Both the position numbers and the translations under genes were made by a program. Below the pieces are notes generated by a model. It was not told the origin of the DNA. It made no database searches and was given only the letters and a program-made list of their open reading frames with translations. From Thermoanaerobaculia bacterium (GTDB lineage: Bacteria; Acidobacteriota; Thermoanaerobaculia; UBA5066; Gp7-AA6): DNA of 62,145 nucleotides. Of this stretch, positions 61,387 through 62,145 are shown one piece after another. Positions within the stretch are counted from its first letter, which is position 1, and every line of letters starts with the position of its first letter. The stretch is taken from positions 1 through 62,145 of the forward strand of contig DATBBK010000063.1 of the NCBI GenBank assembly GCA_036271035.1, given 5' to 3'.

Positions 61387-61450
61387 GCCGCCTCCCGGGT
61401 CGATTCTGCCACGTACGCGCGGCGCGCTCCTGCGCTAGGCTCCCCTTCCC

Positions 61451-61993
61451 GTGGCCATCGCGCTCTTGTCCGGCACGCTCCTGGCGATCGCCGGCTTCCT
61501 GCTGACCTCGGTCCAGGGGTTCGTCGTCGCGGCGCACTGGCACACAGACCGCCTCCTGATCACGCGGCACGTCGCGTACGCGATCCCGACCGTCCTCCTG
61601 TCGCTCTTCTCGCAGTCCATGGTCCTCTTCTTCTTCATCGGCACGGGCCGTCTGGTGAAGGACGAGACGAACTCCCTGCCCGAGGCGGACCGGACCGCGG
61701 TGCGACGCGCGCTCTCCGGGTTCAAGCGGAAGACCTCGCCGCCCGCGACCTTCGCGCTGCTGTCGGCGATCGGCGTCTTCGTCCTCGGCGGCGCGGTGCA
61801 CACCCGCGCGCTGCCGTCCTGGACGCACCTCGCCGCGTCGCTGACCGCCGTCGCCGTGCACCTCTGGGCTCTGGGCGCCGAGTGGGTCGCCTTCATCGAG
61901 AACGGCAGGCTGATGGCGGACCCCGCGGCCTACGTGCGCGGCGGACTGTCTACTTCAGCTCCAGCGTCGTCGTCTTCCCCTCCTCGACGGTGA
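61451..61993 (+). CDS. hypothetical integral membrane protein (about 4 TM)
   Basis: GTG start. Hydrophobic helices. Divergent from fadD. The C-terminal Ser/Pro tail may be over-extended. Confidence 0.5.
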   Translation: MAIALLSGTLLAIAGFLLTSVQGFVVAAHWHTDRLLITRHVAYAIPTVLLSLFSQSMVLFFFIGTGRLVKDETNSLPEADRTAVRRALSGFKRKTSPPATFALLSAIGVFVLGGAVHTRALPSWTHLAASLTAVAVHLWALGAEWVAFIENGRLMADPAAYVRGGLSTSAPASSSSPPRR

Positions 61994-62145
61994 AGCTCCA
62001 CGAGCGCTCGGCGGCGACGAAACGGTAGGCGCCGGGCGCGAAGTGATCCCAGACGGTGAGCGGCGGGCGGACGTCGAGACGGCCGTCGAGCTGCCACGGC
62101 GACGCGAGGTAGGGGCCGCCGTCGGCGGCGACCACCTGCCCCGAG
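61950..62145 (-). CDS. C-terminal fragment of an unidentified protein continuing beyond the right edge
   Basis: Open frame to the window end. Ends ...FVAAERSWSFTVEEGKTTTLELK (beta-rich). Confidence 0.4.
   Translation of the reverse strand, partial: SGQVVAADGGPYLASPWQLDGRLDVRPPLTVWDHFAPGAYRFVAAERSWSFTVEEGKTTTLELK

Overview
Very GC-rich bacterial chromosomal segment (by eye about 70% GC). The gene content suggests a Gram-negative, Acidobacteriota- or Gemmatimonadota-like organism, but that is an inference. The window is densely packed and mostly housekeeping. From left to right it holds: a split heme-biosynthesis supercluster (ccsA-like-hemA-hemC-hemD on the minus strand; acnA-hemE-hemN-hemH-hemY on the plus strand, joined by 4-nt start/stop overlaps); a membrane cytochrome c; cardiolipin synthase; a CDF metal exporter; a molybdopterin oxidoreductase coupled to an M1 aminopeptidase; prolyl oligopeptidase; a TonB-dependent receptor; tRNA-Glu; a GAF-PAS hybrid histidine kinase; an APC permease; gpsA-plsY-thpR-cinA and an ABC-F ATPase; a GT2 glycosyltransferase; YfgM-like and Nfu-type proteins; an ATP-grasp ligase; NDH-2; a Tat-signal class-V PLP enzyme; an ECF sigma/anti-sigma operon; an ADH; a metzincin carrying three SLH-like repeats; DmpA, IscA-like and ThiD genes; and a fadD-thiolase-fadB/J-acyl-CoA dehydrogenase beta-oxidation operon. 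I found no CRISPR array, transposase, integrase, reverse transcriptase or recognisable defence gene. Most long alternative-frame ORFs in the track are Arg/Pro/Ala-rich artefacts of the GC content. The unexplained signals are mostly noncoding or very small: (1) a ~184-nt block-conserved intergenic element present twice (10.8 kb and 44.6 kb), whose differences preserve helices; (2) a ~27-bp AT-rich hairpin/palindrome (ATTAGC-N4-GCTAAT core) present three times, two copies in inverted orientation bracketing the ATP-grasp gene; (3) two coding-looking micro-ORFs (38 aa Lys-rich; 46 aa with a strong SD) around an ATP-grasp / sigma-region-2-like / TPR locus; (4) a tandem tRNA-Glu plus degenerate tRNA-Glu-like copy. 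All functional interpretations of these four are hypotheses that need database searches and expression data.
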